The notes under the pieces: generated by a model
What the model was told of the DNA's origin: nothing
Databases searched by the model: none
The model's input: the letters and a program-made list of their open reading frames with translations, nothing else
Shown here: one piece after another, positions 31,875-44,900 of the stretch
Layout: every line of letters begins with the position of its first letter
Numbering within the stretch: position 1 is the stretch's first letter
Source: Bugula neritina
Taxonomy: Eukaryota > Animalia > Bryozoa
NCBI GenBank assembly: GCA_964035545.1
Contig: OZ037766.1
Span: forward strand, 30,680,773 to 30,744,772
Length of the DNA stretch: 64,000 bases
Reading direction: 5' to 3'
Translations under genes and position numbers: made by a program

Positions 31875-33503
31875 ATGATGCCTACATATATGTTCAGTTA
31901 CTTTGAGTTTAATCCAATAGTTAACAACTTCTTGTTTCTCAATTGGAACAGTACAAATGGCTCAGGTTTGTTTCTCTATTAATTTTAATATATTTTTCAT
32001 GTAATAACAATAAAAGCCTGTGGCCCAACAATTTCTTGCTAAGTTGCAAATGATGTCACAAAAAAACACTGGCATGTGGAATAATGGTGGAAAATTGCAT
32101 GGCCAAGTTTTAGGAGACAGGACGAGAGTTTGTGAATTCACGCAGCAAGTTGTTTTTAGCTTAGCTGCAAGTGGAATAAAGCACATATTACTGCTTTTTC
32201 AGGTATTACTGGAATATGTGTGGCAGTTTTAGCTCTTATTCTAATTTTGGAGCTCATACGAACTCTCACAGAATACCTCACTCACCTTTCTAAGGTTGAT
32301 CCCCTTAGCCTTAGCACCAGTGTGCCCATCAGCTCTGACAGATCACCACTGTTACGGGCACTGATGATTCCGCCCAGTATTGAAAATGTAAAAAAGTACA
32401 GGTAAGCGAGGTTAGATGCAAAAGTCATCGTGTTTTGTTTGCGAAGCTTTACCGTCAGAAGAAATGTTAATTAACTGCTTTTGCTATTTTAAGATTCAGA
32501 GCTTGTGTTTATTCTCTTTTTGTTGGTTACTGTTTTGTTCTTAAAAAGACAATAGTTAGAAATTGAGTTACCATTCTTATAAGATGTTAGCTTGATTTGC
32601 TAGTGCAAATTATGCTATTGCCTTGATAATTTCTACTGGCATATACTAGTTCTAATTCTCTCAATATGTAATGCTGAATATTATATTAGAGTGTTTTACA
32701 ATAACATTGGGCTATATTGCATGACCGTTATAATTATATTATATATATGCTAACTGCTGGTACACATGTTATAAAGTATAGCGTGAGGTTGCAGCAAAAT
32801 TTCCATAGTCTAGTTAATGTAACGTTGAGCTGTATTCATAATTAAGCAGGCTTTGCTCTGCATATACGAAGAATAGTCTCGCATTTAAATAGTTCATTGC
32901 ATTGTTGTGAAACTGTGTATATTAAAGCTGCCTGTACTGCTGCTATGTTTTAGAATAAAGTTGCACCTGATAAAGTCTCTACTGGTGCCTCTTCAGATGT
33001 TTGCAGGGTTTCTTCTCATGCTTGCTGTCATGACTTACAATACATTCGTATTCCTCACTCTTGTTATTGGTCAGTTTTTTTTTGTTATAGCTTTTTATTG
33101 GTCAATTCTTTTTTGTTATAACTTCTCATTGGTCAGTTTCTTTTGTTATAGCTTTTCATTGTTCAGTAACTATATTCTTATAGCCCATCAACTTCTAGCA
33201 CAAAATAAGTTGAAGAAAAAATGCAAATGCAAGAGGTAGAATTGTGCTTTCCTTTATTAATTCCGTTGCAATGATCAAAGAAAGATGTATTGAAAATTAT
33301 ATCCAGTAAAACATGATTGTATACTTATGTTTGTAGGTGGCGGGGTCGCTTACTTCTTCTTCTCGTACATCAGAGATAGGATAAAGTGTAAATTTGCTCA
33401 ACAAACTAAAAGTTTTTCAGAAGAAAGTGAATTGATACGTCAGGCCATGACTTCATCATCTCGTATACAGCAGTATAATACGATAGAGGGTGCAACTCCT
33501 TAG
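31875..33503 (+). CDS. CTR/SLC31 copper transporter, CTR2-like
   Basis: Exons 31875-31965, 32203-32401, 32954-33069, 33337-33503. Short N-terminus (MMPTYM...FLFLNW), TM1 ending LILELIR, TM2 MxxxM motif (MLAVMTYN), TM3 VIGGGVAYFFF. Confidence 0.88.
33060..33170 (+). repeat. ~30-nt repeat x 4 duplicating the donor site of a CTR exon
   Basis: ATTG|GTCAGTTT...GTTATAGCTTT units start at the real junction. Confidence 0.75.
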
Positions 33504-34327
33504 GTGTATTGAGCAGTAAAATATTACAGTAACTATAGAGATGTAATATAATCAGTAATTATATTAAGTATTATAGTGAGACCATAATCAACATTGCTAT
33601 ACCATGATTGTTTAACAAATATTATAAACACCTAGCAGACATTATTTGAATCTGTTTTGAGCGAAATTTGTGCGGATACTAAACAATAGAGTGATAATAC
33701 AATGGAATAAAGTATAGTTTTCTAGTGCTAGTATATCATGCATTCTATATATTGACATGTTCTATAGGTAATCTGCTGGTACAGTCAGTAACGTCTATAG
33801 GCTCAGTTTTATACTATTTATATTAAGTTACTTTTCATAATGCATAATAATATGTTTAGTCTATGCAGAGTATAAAATATTTTTCTTGCATTGCTTTAAA
33901 TTGTCATTGCTTGATGATTACATGCAGGTTATTGCTTCTATACCAATTTATTATATTTTAATTTTATTTAATAAAACCTTTATGGAACTAATGATATCTA
34001 GTTGTTTTAATAATTTTTATTTTTCATTGTATTATTAATAATTAATATATAATGTTATGAACATGTGCTACTACATAATACTAGTATCACCTTTCTAAAA
34101 CATCACATCCTTTGCTAACGCAAAGAGTTATCTGCACCTGAATGAATACTGTGGTTACTTTTAATATTATTATGTTGCTAAAATAAGATAATTGATGTGG
34201 TAATAAGCTCAATGATGGCAGCATCTGGCAGTTCTCATGATGCACATTTCAGAAGTCACATGGTAGAACTTTTGAATTATATATGATATCTTCATTTGGT
34301 AACTCATTTCAACAGCAGTCCTCTACG

Positions 34328-35427
34328 ATGAAGAGTCTAATATCTTTATTTTTCTGTGCTCTACTTTTTAGTAAGTATATCAGTCAGGAACGTGTAACAT
34401 GCAGGAACTCCTATTAGACTATATATGCACACTGCCGACATACTTTGATGACCTTGACCAACTGTCTCACATACACAACTTGCAAGGCTAACTTATGTAA
34501 CATCTCCAGCTGCAGCTAGCAGTCATTTATATATATAGTATATTTTATTTTATACTGATAGCAATTGCTTGTTTCAATTAAGCTGTGTATATATATATAT
34601 ATAAGCTAAATTATTTTATATTTAGCTGCAGTTCACAGCTGCTACCTGGTCAGATTTCCAGTTTGTGGAACTAATGGCAAGACGTACCACAATGACTGCT
34701 ATTTGAAAGTTGAGAATAGCAGGCTACTCAAGAGCTCTCCAAGTGAGTCCACCATCTTTATGCATTTTACAGATCTGTGTGTGCCTGTGTGTGTGCGTGT
34801 GTAAGGGTCATGCGGGGGGGGGGGGGGGAGGGGGAGGGCTTGAAACAGCTACTGTACACAGATTTAGTTATATATGCAGTCATTTGCAAAAGTTTAAGAC
34901 TCCCTGTCAAAATAACAATATGTTTTATATGAAAAATTTTTATTGCATGACATGGCAATATTTGTCCTATGTAAATACGTCATCACAGCATTGCCCTGAG
35001 CTAATAATGCATGATATTTTGTTTATACATCAACATTTTGTTAAAGTTATAACATAGAAGAAATACAACGCTATTAGTTTTGTCAGTGCAAAAAGATAAT
35101 CAATAATGCTTGATTGTAATAAATGTATATAGTACAAACTGTTTGTGTTTTACTCAGTTATATAATATATTATAGTTGCTGCTGGTTACATAATTGAGAC
35201 ATGGGTAGGGCAGCACTTCAAAAAGTTTTGTGTGCACATTATATAATTATATTCTATTTGCTCAATTTAAATGAATTGTTGGATGCAACTCTAAAATTTA
35301 AATATTTCAGTATTGCTGTTGTTGATACTAAGTTTGTTTTTCTTTTGCAGATGCTACACCAATAGAAACCAAGTATTTGGGAGAATGTGGAAATCCTAGA
35401 GTTGTGCCCTCAATAAACAGAAGATAA
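34328..35427 (+). CDS. Secreted single-domain Kazal-type protease inhibitor, 78 aa, 4-Cys form
   Basis: Exons 34328-34370, 34626-34742, 35351-35427 (237 nt, both introns phase 1): MKSLISLFFCALLFTAVHS-CYLVRFPVCGTNGKTYHNDCYLKVENSRLLKSSPNATPIETKYLGECGNPRVVPSINRR*. Signal peptide plus Kazal PVCGxxGxTYxNxC...GxC. AATAAA at ~35474. Confidence 0.88.
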
Positions 35428-35689
35428 TTCCAACAATATTTCAATGCTGTATGATAATATGTATGTACTGAATAATAAATAATATTCATTCAGACAGGCT
35501 ACTATAAAGTAGCTGAGTGAGTTTCAATCATGTGTCTTTTTATAGTGTGATGTACACCAATAAAATAGTATGCTGCGCCTGCATAATAATAATTATTAGT
35601 TATAATAAAGTTATATGCTATAAAGTAATGAATTGTATGCATTACATACTTAGTATCAAATTATGTATCAAAATAAACAAATATGTCAA

Positions 35690-35820
35690 AACACACCGAG
35701 CACACACCGAGCACACACACACGCACACACACACGCACACACACACGCACACACTCACACGCATGCACGCGCACACACGCACACACACACGCACACACAC
35801 ACACGCACGCACACACATGC
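35690..35820. repeat. Imperfect (CA)n microsatellite
   Basis: CACACACACGCA... tract; the source of five spurious ORFs. Confidence 0.97.
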
Positions 35821-36224
35821 AAATTATATAATTCATACGAGTATATCAATTTAAGTTTTTCATAAGTGGACGGCCACTGCAGTTGAGCATCATATATATA
35901 CTTGATATACCAGTCATAATATTGATTGTAATAACTAAGCTAGAGCTAGAAATGTGTTTTGAAATTACAGAATAGTTAGTGGAAATAATACTATGACAAC
36001 AAGGTATAGACTATAGAGTATAATATCTAGTACCTATATATTTCAGTTTTATCACAAATATACTTTATGCAACAAATTGGTACAAACTATAGAAGGTTTA
36101 AATTGCATGCATATTTACACTGCAATAAAAAATTCCAAATAGTTGTAATTTGAACAACTTAGCAATGGGAAAGAAATAAAAAAGTGAATCAAAATCACTG
36201 CAGTTGTCTTTCTATTATTCGCAA

Positions 36225-36330
36225 CCAAGTCCACGCCCTTACGCATGGTTTGGAATTTTTGGTCGAGCAGTAATCTGATTGGATACTGTGAGCAGGAGTC
36301 AACTAATCAGCATCACGTAGGTCGTTTGCA
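36225..36330 (+). promoter_or_regulatory. Putative HS6ST promoter
   Basis: GC/KLF box CCACGCCC (~36230), CCAAT box CTGATTGG (~36275) and local CpGs, directly followed by a phased tract. Confidence 0.5.
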
Positions 36331-36379
36331 AGTCAAGGTCGTGGAAGGGCAACTAATCAAACTAGTAACAAGGTGGACC

Positions 36380-37570
36380 ACTAACTCTAATACTTTACTA
36401 ATACTAATACTAATACAGTATTACTAATAGTAATAGTAAAACTAAATAGTAATAAGTCTAGCTCTAATGAGAGTTAGTAAATGCCATCTTCTTCTGAAGT
36501 TAAATTACACTTGTTTTCCTATTTAGATATCTGTAAATTTTACATAATAAACAATAGTGTTACTCTGTTAGGGTAAATATAACTCGAGCAGTAACTGTAA
36601 GTCAAAGTGTGACACTAAGTCTAGCATAAGCATTAACTTTAAGTTTAAGTTTAACACTAACAGCATTTTGATTCTCTTGCTGAATTCTCTCATTTTTTTC
36701 ATTCATATTAAATTATTAATTAATATTTACATTTTGATTTTGATTTTACTTTTACTTTTAGGCTTGCAGTGCAGGTGTGAGCATCAGTATGACTATGAGT
36801 ATGTCATGGGCCTGGGGTGATGGAGAGTAACCACTATCATTGTGAAAATGATTATAATTAAATTATAATTATTAGGTATAAGGTATTACTATTAGTATTA
36901 TTATTACGATTAAGCTTGGCTATTGCTTTTGGATGATAGTAAAACTGATTGTAATTCAAATAGCAGTTGTCTACTAGTTTTAGAACTTGCATAGTCAATT
37001 TAATTTTCATTATATTTATCATTTATTATATTCATCTTGCGAGTACCGGTATCACTATCAGTACCACTATGATTGATGAGTGTGGGTGATTATAGCTATT
37101 AATTAGTATTACTATTGCTCTCATAATAATATTCATGCTTGTTAATTAATTTTTACCTAAAATAATAGTTATAGTAATGTGGGCCATCACATTAACTCTA
37201 ACTCGTCATATGACTAATTGGTCTGAGAAGCATTTGCTCACTCATGTCATTGTGATTCTAATTGTGATTATCATTATCATATATGATTATTTTTGTCATT
37301 GAAATTGAAATCATGATCATTGTGCGCAATAACCATTTATCTCAAGTGTAATAACAATCACAATGTGAGTTTGAACTTAAATTTTTTTACTTCATCATTT
37401 ATTCAGTTTGTTATTAATATCATTATGATATTGATAATGACACTGAGAGTGTATCTGATAGTCATTGTGATTGTAACTCACCAACTGACAGTTACACTGT
37501 GGGTTTTAGTAACATTGAAACCTAGTAGTAGTTGTAAAGGTTTTTACTCAAAAGCACCAACAGTTTGTTA
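36380..37570. other. 6-bp-phased A[CG]T tract in the HS6ST 5' region
   Basis: 36594-36650 ACT gta AGT caa AGT gtg aca cta AGT ... ACT tta AGT tta AGT. Confidence 0.75.
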
Positions 37571-38915
37571 ATGTTATACTATGTACTTGTAGGATAAACT
37601 AGTTTAGTATAGCACTTGTGATCATTTTATTTTATAACCATATTTATGATGTCAATGACTGTTTCTACCTAATTTTTTACAGCATTAATGTTGCTGTTAG
37701 ACAAGTTACATTAGATTGTAGCTCATAGTCATTTTTGCTACAGTTTGAGTTTCTATTTCATCAGAAATAATTGGTTCTGGTGTGAATATTGCTATCATGA
37801 ACAATTAATTATACAAATAATTTCCCTTTTGTCATATATTGTTGTCAAAATTAGGTTAACATGTAGACATGTTGATATTGTGTTTTCTAGTCAAGCATCC
37901 GTTGTATTATATCAAAAATGTCAAACAGTATGCTATGTAATATATTATTTTTATGTTGTCAACATAAAGTAAAACATTTGTTGGAGGATTTATATAACAT
38001 CAAGATTTATAAGAATATTGATTATGAGCAACAATAATCATACAGTTTTTATCACTTATTTAGTATCCTGGTGCTATTTTGTTGTACGTATAACAGGCCT
38101 CTGCCTTTCTAAACATCACATGCATATAGTTTTAAATTATGCCAACATTTTCCCAAACCCTGTTTCAAAATGTGCCACCTTCTCATTTAACAGCAACATA
38201 TTAAAGTTTTCTAGCCTAATGTCGTTATAACTAACCAATCCTTGCCAAGAGAAGGGAAAAGGGAAGGGAGAGGTTAAGCAAAGCTGATTCTTTGAAATCA
38301 CATATTTAGACAAAATAAACAGACAATAGCATCTATCTTGTTTTTATATCCTTCAATGTTCTACTCTTGCATGACTGCCTTCATTGTATCTTAATAACCA
38401 TGTTATTTCTATTACTTGCTGTGCTTTATTCTCAGTCCATTTCTCCTATCATTTCTCGGCTGAACTGCCTGAACACTTGGTTGTTGATAAGAATAGCAAA
38501 TATTTGGCAATATACAAGTTGATAGCATAGCAAAGAGATAAACTCTACCTTCTTACATGTAACCAGCAACCTTCTAGATTTGGTTGAAGACAAAATAATT
38601 AGAGGAAGTTCGTAAGAACATTCTATATATGATACTTTCAACAACGCATATTCCATTTTTGATTGCTGCCACTTAGCACTTCCTGTTTTGGCGAATAAAG
38701 TGACACCCCTTCACTTCGAGGACTCTCATGCTACTAACTATCCAAATTCATGGACCATTGTTTTCTGCTGAATTAACAAACAGCCAGTATGTGCCCTTAA
38801 TGATTATACCTTCAATAGCACCACCATACTTCCCACTGTTTATGTTTAATTAAATGGCTTTTTGTCTATTCATGTTCTTAGATGTGAGATGAAGATCAAA
38901 GAGTGATGTCTAACA

Positions 38916-41900
38916 ATGCCTAGTCTGAGGATACTACCATGCAGGTCACTGATTGTGAAGCTTGTCATGCTGCTGATGCCCTCCTTCCTGGTGCTGTTTT
39001 ACCTGCAGATTTCAGATAAACGTTCCTCCCAGGCTAGTCAGGAGCTAATCTCACTGGGCCACTCCACGTACTTGAGTCATTCCAAGTCTGTGAGTCACTC
39101 GAGACGATCACTTAGTCACTCAGTGAAAGTGAGTGAGTCAGTCAAAGTGAGTGACTCCATGAAAGTGAGTGATTTTGTATCACAGAGTCGCTCTGCTACA
39201 GTTTACAGATTCACTGAGGAGGATATCAATAAGCTTCACACTCCGTTTTCAATGGGTTAGTTTCCGTCTGTCAAAGTTAAAAATTGAGTTTTATAATAGC
39301 CGTGTTGGAAGCTGATTGTGATGATACAATACTCTTGATCACTGCCATTCAAGTGTGTCTTGTCTAATATAACAGAGTATAATACACAAACATAAACTAT
39401 ACAGAAATCAAAGTGCTATAGATACATTGTGTTATAAGATAGTGTATCATAATGTAGATTTTGCTAAATTGATAACATTTTGCTTCAAGCTGACTTTCCC
39501 TTTTAACAAAGGACTGTGATTAGGATTGCCTTTAGATAATTAGTAATTACACACAGCAGGCTAGTTATATTTCTGATTCTGTGGGCTAGTCTTATCTAAA
39601 GAGCTTGATTGCATCTGCTCCAGTTGGGGTCACTTGCTGAGTGAAGCAATTTTCATCTCAGTACACGTAATTTGATCAATAGTTTTAAATTATGCATTCT
39701 ATTATATTAGCTAATGATCTATTCACTGTGAACACATGCTGTGTTAGCAAGATCAATTTGAAATTATTGATGCTTTTATTACCTCTTGTTCAAAGGTACA
39801 AATTTACTGTTAATAATATGATACTCCAGAGGAATTCAAAGTATAACTCAGAATATTTGCCAACTCGTAGTTATGTAGAATGTAGGCTGATTTGTCATTC
39901 TTGCCTGCATGTTATATAATCTAGACAGTAGACTAGAATGCTTCTAAGTTTAGATATTGCTTTTTCAATATACCAGGAGATGTATCATGAACAATACTAA
40001 AATACTTTTAGTACAGGTTTTACTCATTATACATTGTTTCTATTTCTAAAATTTTTTCTTTAATTTTTTCTATTTTATTTATGAATTCTGGTTTACTGTT
40101 GGGTAGTGGGGTGGGAAGATGCAGTATCATGTGCTGTGTTGTGGTAGGGTGTTCGCTAGCTGCTAGAAGGAAGTGTAACAGCTGTTCAAATGCTCTACTA
40201 ATATAGTAGTTTTCCCATATCTTGTCTGCTCTCTATAGATGATGCAATAACTGCCTTTTTTCAACTCACAAATATATCAACTTGTAATTTTTATCCAGCC
40301 TGATCTGTATCACTGTGTATTTTATATTTCCACCCTCTTCACTAGTTCCTTACTAGCCTACATCTCTGCTGTTCCTTGGCAGCAGCTCTTCTACATAGAA
40401 GCTGTAATCCAAGTCTCATATATTTTACTCATATTATCCATTTAGGAGTAGTAGTGGAGAAATTCAGTTTGCCTTTGTTTTTTAATTTTTTATTAAATTT
40501 TGGTTTGGAACGTGGGTTGAAAAATTTTTACATAACTTTTGCTATATTTCTAATCCTGAACACAGACTTTTCTCAATATATCCATTACTGCACCTACCTC
40601 ATATATAATCTGTCCTAATGCTTGCAAAATTCACTATTTTAATAGTTTTTCTGTTTTCTATTGCTGCTAGTTGTTCATTCATTTAGTCTTGCAGAATACA
40701 ATAGCCATTTTGACTTGTAATATTGTAAGCAGTGATGGTTTGTAACTACTTCTAACTATTGACACTTTACAGCAAGTTCTATGCTCTTCTATCTCTATCT
40801 CTAACTAGCAGTGGTTTGGGATACAACACTTGAGAAATCCCACAACCTCATTGTTGATGGCATTTTCAGTGACTGAAGGTTGCCCCAGCTGTCTGTAATA
40901 AATGTCACTGTAGTGCTCCATTATATTGTTATAATTTCTTGTGAATAGACAGTAACCTACTGTTGTATTTAGTGCAAGGCGTGTGGGTGCATTGTCTTTT
41001 TATGGCATTTCCTTTTTCAGTTTTTCTCATATTTCACCCTTTTTCCCAGAAAAATTTCTTCGGCAATTTTTGTTTAAAAGTGGCTATGAGATGAATAGCG
41101 TTTTTGTGTGAGTAAAGTTTTGTATTTTTTTCATTCATAACTGATGTTAAAAAGTCAACTTCAGGGGAAATCCTTGTTGATTTTATACTAGACTTTCTAA
41201 GGTTTGAGATTTCCATTGCTGTAATCCTTGTAGATGGCCAACTTTATATACTAGTTGGTTGTCATCCATTTCTCTAGTCCATTACTTCTTCTGTCTGAAC
41301 GCAATCATCGCGTTAAATTTCAAAATATTACAGTCCCTTCGTCTGCTTGCTGGCATTACTTATCTAAACAATGCGATGTCATTCACTCTTCTAATTGGTT
41401 GATTTGAAACACAAGCCGTATTGTTTATATAAATCTTATGATAAATAGTACAGTTCAGTAATCGTATTAGATATTGTATGGTTATTAGATCACAATTAAA
41501 TCTTAGTACATGGGTCAGTAGTACTGGATGTGAGTGATTCATTTAGCGCTGTGTGTAGGCGCCGTCTGCAAGTAAACAGATACGTCTGCAACTGAACAGC
41601 TAAATGGTGGTTTTCACTTTTACCTTTCAACTTAACCCACTAGCAAAAGCTGGTTTCTTTGAACCTATTGATATAGCTACTAAGTTTCAGTTATAGTGGT
41701 ACTTTCAGATGTAATCTTGTCGAACAAAAGAAACAAAACGAAAGGCAAATGGTATCCCTTCTTTTTCACAGTGCTGGTTGAACTAGCATGCTCCCTGAAT
41801 GGTGAACAAGTCTCTTTGATACCAGAATCTCAACAGCCACATTGTTTTGCCTTTTTGTTTTACCTTCATTTCCATATCCTGGAAATCAGCCGTAGAAGTG

Positions 41901-44900
41901 TAGCCATCTTATTCTAGGCCCTAGGGTGTGACAGGTCACAAAGACTTTCTACTATTGTGGCCAAGGAGGAATAATGACTGAATGCCCTTCCCAGCATCAC
42001 CAATGGCCTTTTCTGGAGATCAAACCACTGACGTTGTGTTCACTAAGCCAGTACTCTAGCCCCTAGACCACAGCAGGTCATAGTTTGAGCTCTGTGCATT
42101 CTCTCCTAGTCCCTCACTCTAACTGCTCATCTCTCACTCTTTCCACTTCGTCAACTAAGTAATAAAAAGTCTTATTCCAAGCTTGCAAACTTGTGTACTA
42201 TATCTGCTTAGAGTTGGGGTGTTAGAGCCTTGGGCAATATAGTCTGTTTCCTTTTGAGATTCCTCTAATGGTAGTATATTTAGCTATTGCCAGTTTTTTT
42301 CATCACTTCACTGGTATTTGAATTTCACACAATTTTTATTCCAGGGTTTTCTAGTCGTCTAGTTATTACTACCATTTCCTGTTATTGGAACAGAAAATTG
42401 TAGTGAATCTAAATAATCACCATCTTGCAAATTAGTGTCTTCTTGGAAACTATTATTATTTTGTATATTTAGAGAAAAATGTTTATGTTTTGACAATTTT
42501 CTTCTACATTCCTGCATTCTACATACAATACTGTCACATATTTATGTTACTATATACTGGTACCGTTATTCTTTTGAAATATTTAGTGTATATGTTATTA
42601 TTAGTAGCAGCATTTTTATATTGAATTACAAATAACATGTTTATCTATGGAATTTCAGATAGCATATCCAAATGTTTCATCATTACTAGTGACTAGATGG
42701 GTTGAGCCAATCAGAGTATACACTGCTTCTGCTTTTATACTTTTGTAGATGTAAATCATAGACTTGCCAATTCTGCTTGCATTCTAAAAACTGCTTATAT
42801 TCTAAAATACTTCTGTTGCACTCTAGTACATGCATATACTAACTATAGTGTGGGGAAATAATATAGCATTATTACACCATATTTAGTGCAACAACTCCGA
42901 ATTTTGAGTTAGTAATAATTATATTAGTTGTTTTGTATTTTGTAGTGTAACTGTATAGTTTGATTATTCTAGTAATTTCTTGCAGGCAACGATGAGTCAG
43001 ATGTTATGGTCTTTCTGCACATGCAGAAAACAGGTGGCACCTTCTTTGGTAAGAATCTAGTGAGGAATCTGCAGCTACATACTCCTTGTAGGTGTGATAA
43101 AGGGAAGGGCATGTTGAAGTGCCCCTGTACCAGTCCAGATGGGAAACGGTACGTTGGCTACATCTCAGTAATGTGTGAAAGTAATACGGCAGTTTTAATT
43201 GGCTGTTACACTGTCTTCTTAACTGTAATTGGCTACATTTATTATTCACTCTGTCTTCATTATATGGCTATAGATATTTCTATTTTAATATGAACTTGCT
43301 GTATTCTCTTCATCTATTGGCTATTATATTCTCTTTATAGTTATTGGCTGTTTTATCTCATCAGTTATTGGCTATTATATTCTCTTCAGTTATTGGCTGT
43401 TCTATTCTCTACAGCTATTGGCTGTTCTCTCGATACTCTGTCGGCTGGAAGTGTGGCCTTCACGCTGACTATACAGAACTTACAGAGTGTCTTCTCTCTG
43501 GAAAACTGGACGAATTGGAACAGCAGACGAGGCAGAGAAGGTAGATTTGTGTTGGAGAAATATATAGCTCCCTTACCTCTTTTTCTAAAGAACGGATAAT
43601 AAACTTTTTCACTTGATAAAATATATGACATCACCCTTACACTTACTGGAAATAACATCATATTTATTACATCCTTTCTAGTGTACAGCTCTGCTCTAGG
43701 ATATATCTAACATGTCAGTTATTACAACTAGTGTTTAGGATTGTGTAGCACCTATTCTCGACATGACTTGTATTTCCATGTTGTGTTTGCCAGGTACCAT
43801 TACGTGACCGTACTTCGAGACCCGATGTCAAGGTTTGTCAGCGAGTGGCAGCATGTCTCTCGGGGAGCTTCCTGGATAGACTCCACCCACAAGTACGACT
43901 CTTGATTTCCTGTTGACCTATGAACTCTGTCTACAGTATAGAATATGTCTACAGTATAGAACGTGTCTACAGTATAGAATGTGTCTACAGTATAGAGTGT
44001 GTCTACAGTATAGAGTGTGTCTACAGTATAGAATGCGTCTACAGTATAGAATATATCTACAGTATAGAATATGTCTACAGTATAGAATATGTCTACAGTA
44101 TAGAATGTATCTACAGTATAGAATATATCTACAGTATAGAGTGTGTCTACAGTATAGAATATGTCTACAGTATAGAGTGTGTCTACAGTATAGAATATAT
44201 CTACAGTATAGAATGTGTCTACAGTATAGAATATATCTACAGTATAGAATATATCTACAGTATAGAATGCGTCTACAGTATAGAATATGTCTACAGTATA
44301 GAACGTGTCTACAGTATAGAATGTGTCTACAGTATAGAGTGTGTCTACAGTATAGAATGTGTCTACAGTATAGAGTGTGTCTACAGTATAGAACGTGTCT
44401 ACAGTATAGAGTGTGTCTACAGTATAGAACGTGTCTACAGTATAGAGTGTATCTACAGTATAGAATATATCTACAGTATAGAATATGTCTACAGTATAGA
44501 ATATGTCTACAGTATAGAACATGTCTACAGTATAGAACATGTCTACAGTATAGACTGTGTCTACAGTATAGAATATGTCTACAGTATAGAATATATCTAC
44601 AGTATAGAACGTGTCTACAGTATAGACTGTGTATACAGTATAGAATATGTCTACAGTATAGAGTGTGTCTACAGTATAGAGTGTGTCTACAGTATAGAAC
44701 GTGTCTACAGTATAGAGTGTGTCTACAGTATAGAACGTGCCTACAGTATAGAATATGTCTACAGTATAGAGTGTGTCTACAGTATAGAGTGTGTCTACAG
44801 TATAGAACGTGCCTACAGTATAGAATATGTCTACAGTATAGAACATATCTACAGTATAGAGTGTGTCTACAGTATAGAATATGCCTACCTGCTGCAGGTG

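Noticed and set aside
35517-35865. His/Thr- and Cys/Val-rich ORFs
   Set aside because: Translation of a (CA)n microsatellite.
38240-41000. Possible retroelement fragments in HS6ST introns
   Set aside because: No RT, integrase or endonuclease motif could be recognised in any frame by eye.
43925-44885. CRISPR-like repeat/spacer appearance
   Set aside because: The variable part is only ~6 nt and recurrent, the context is a eukaryotic intron, and there are no cas genes.
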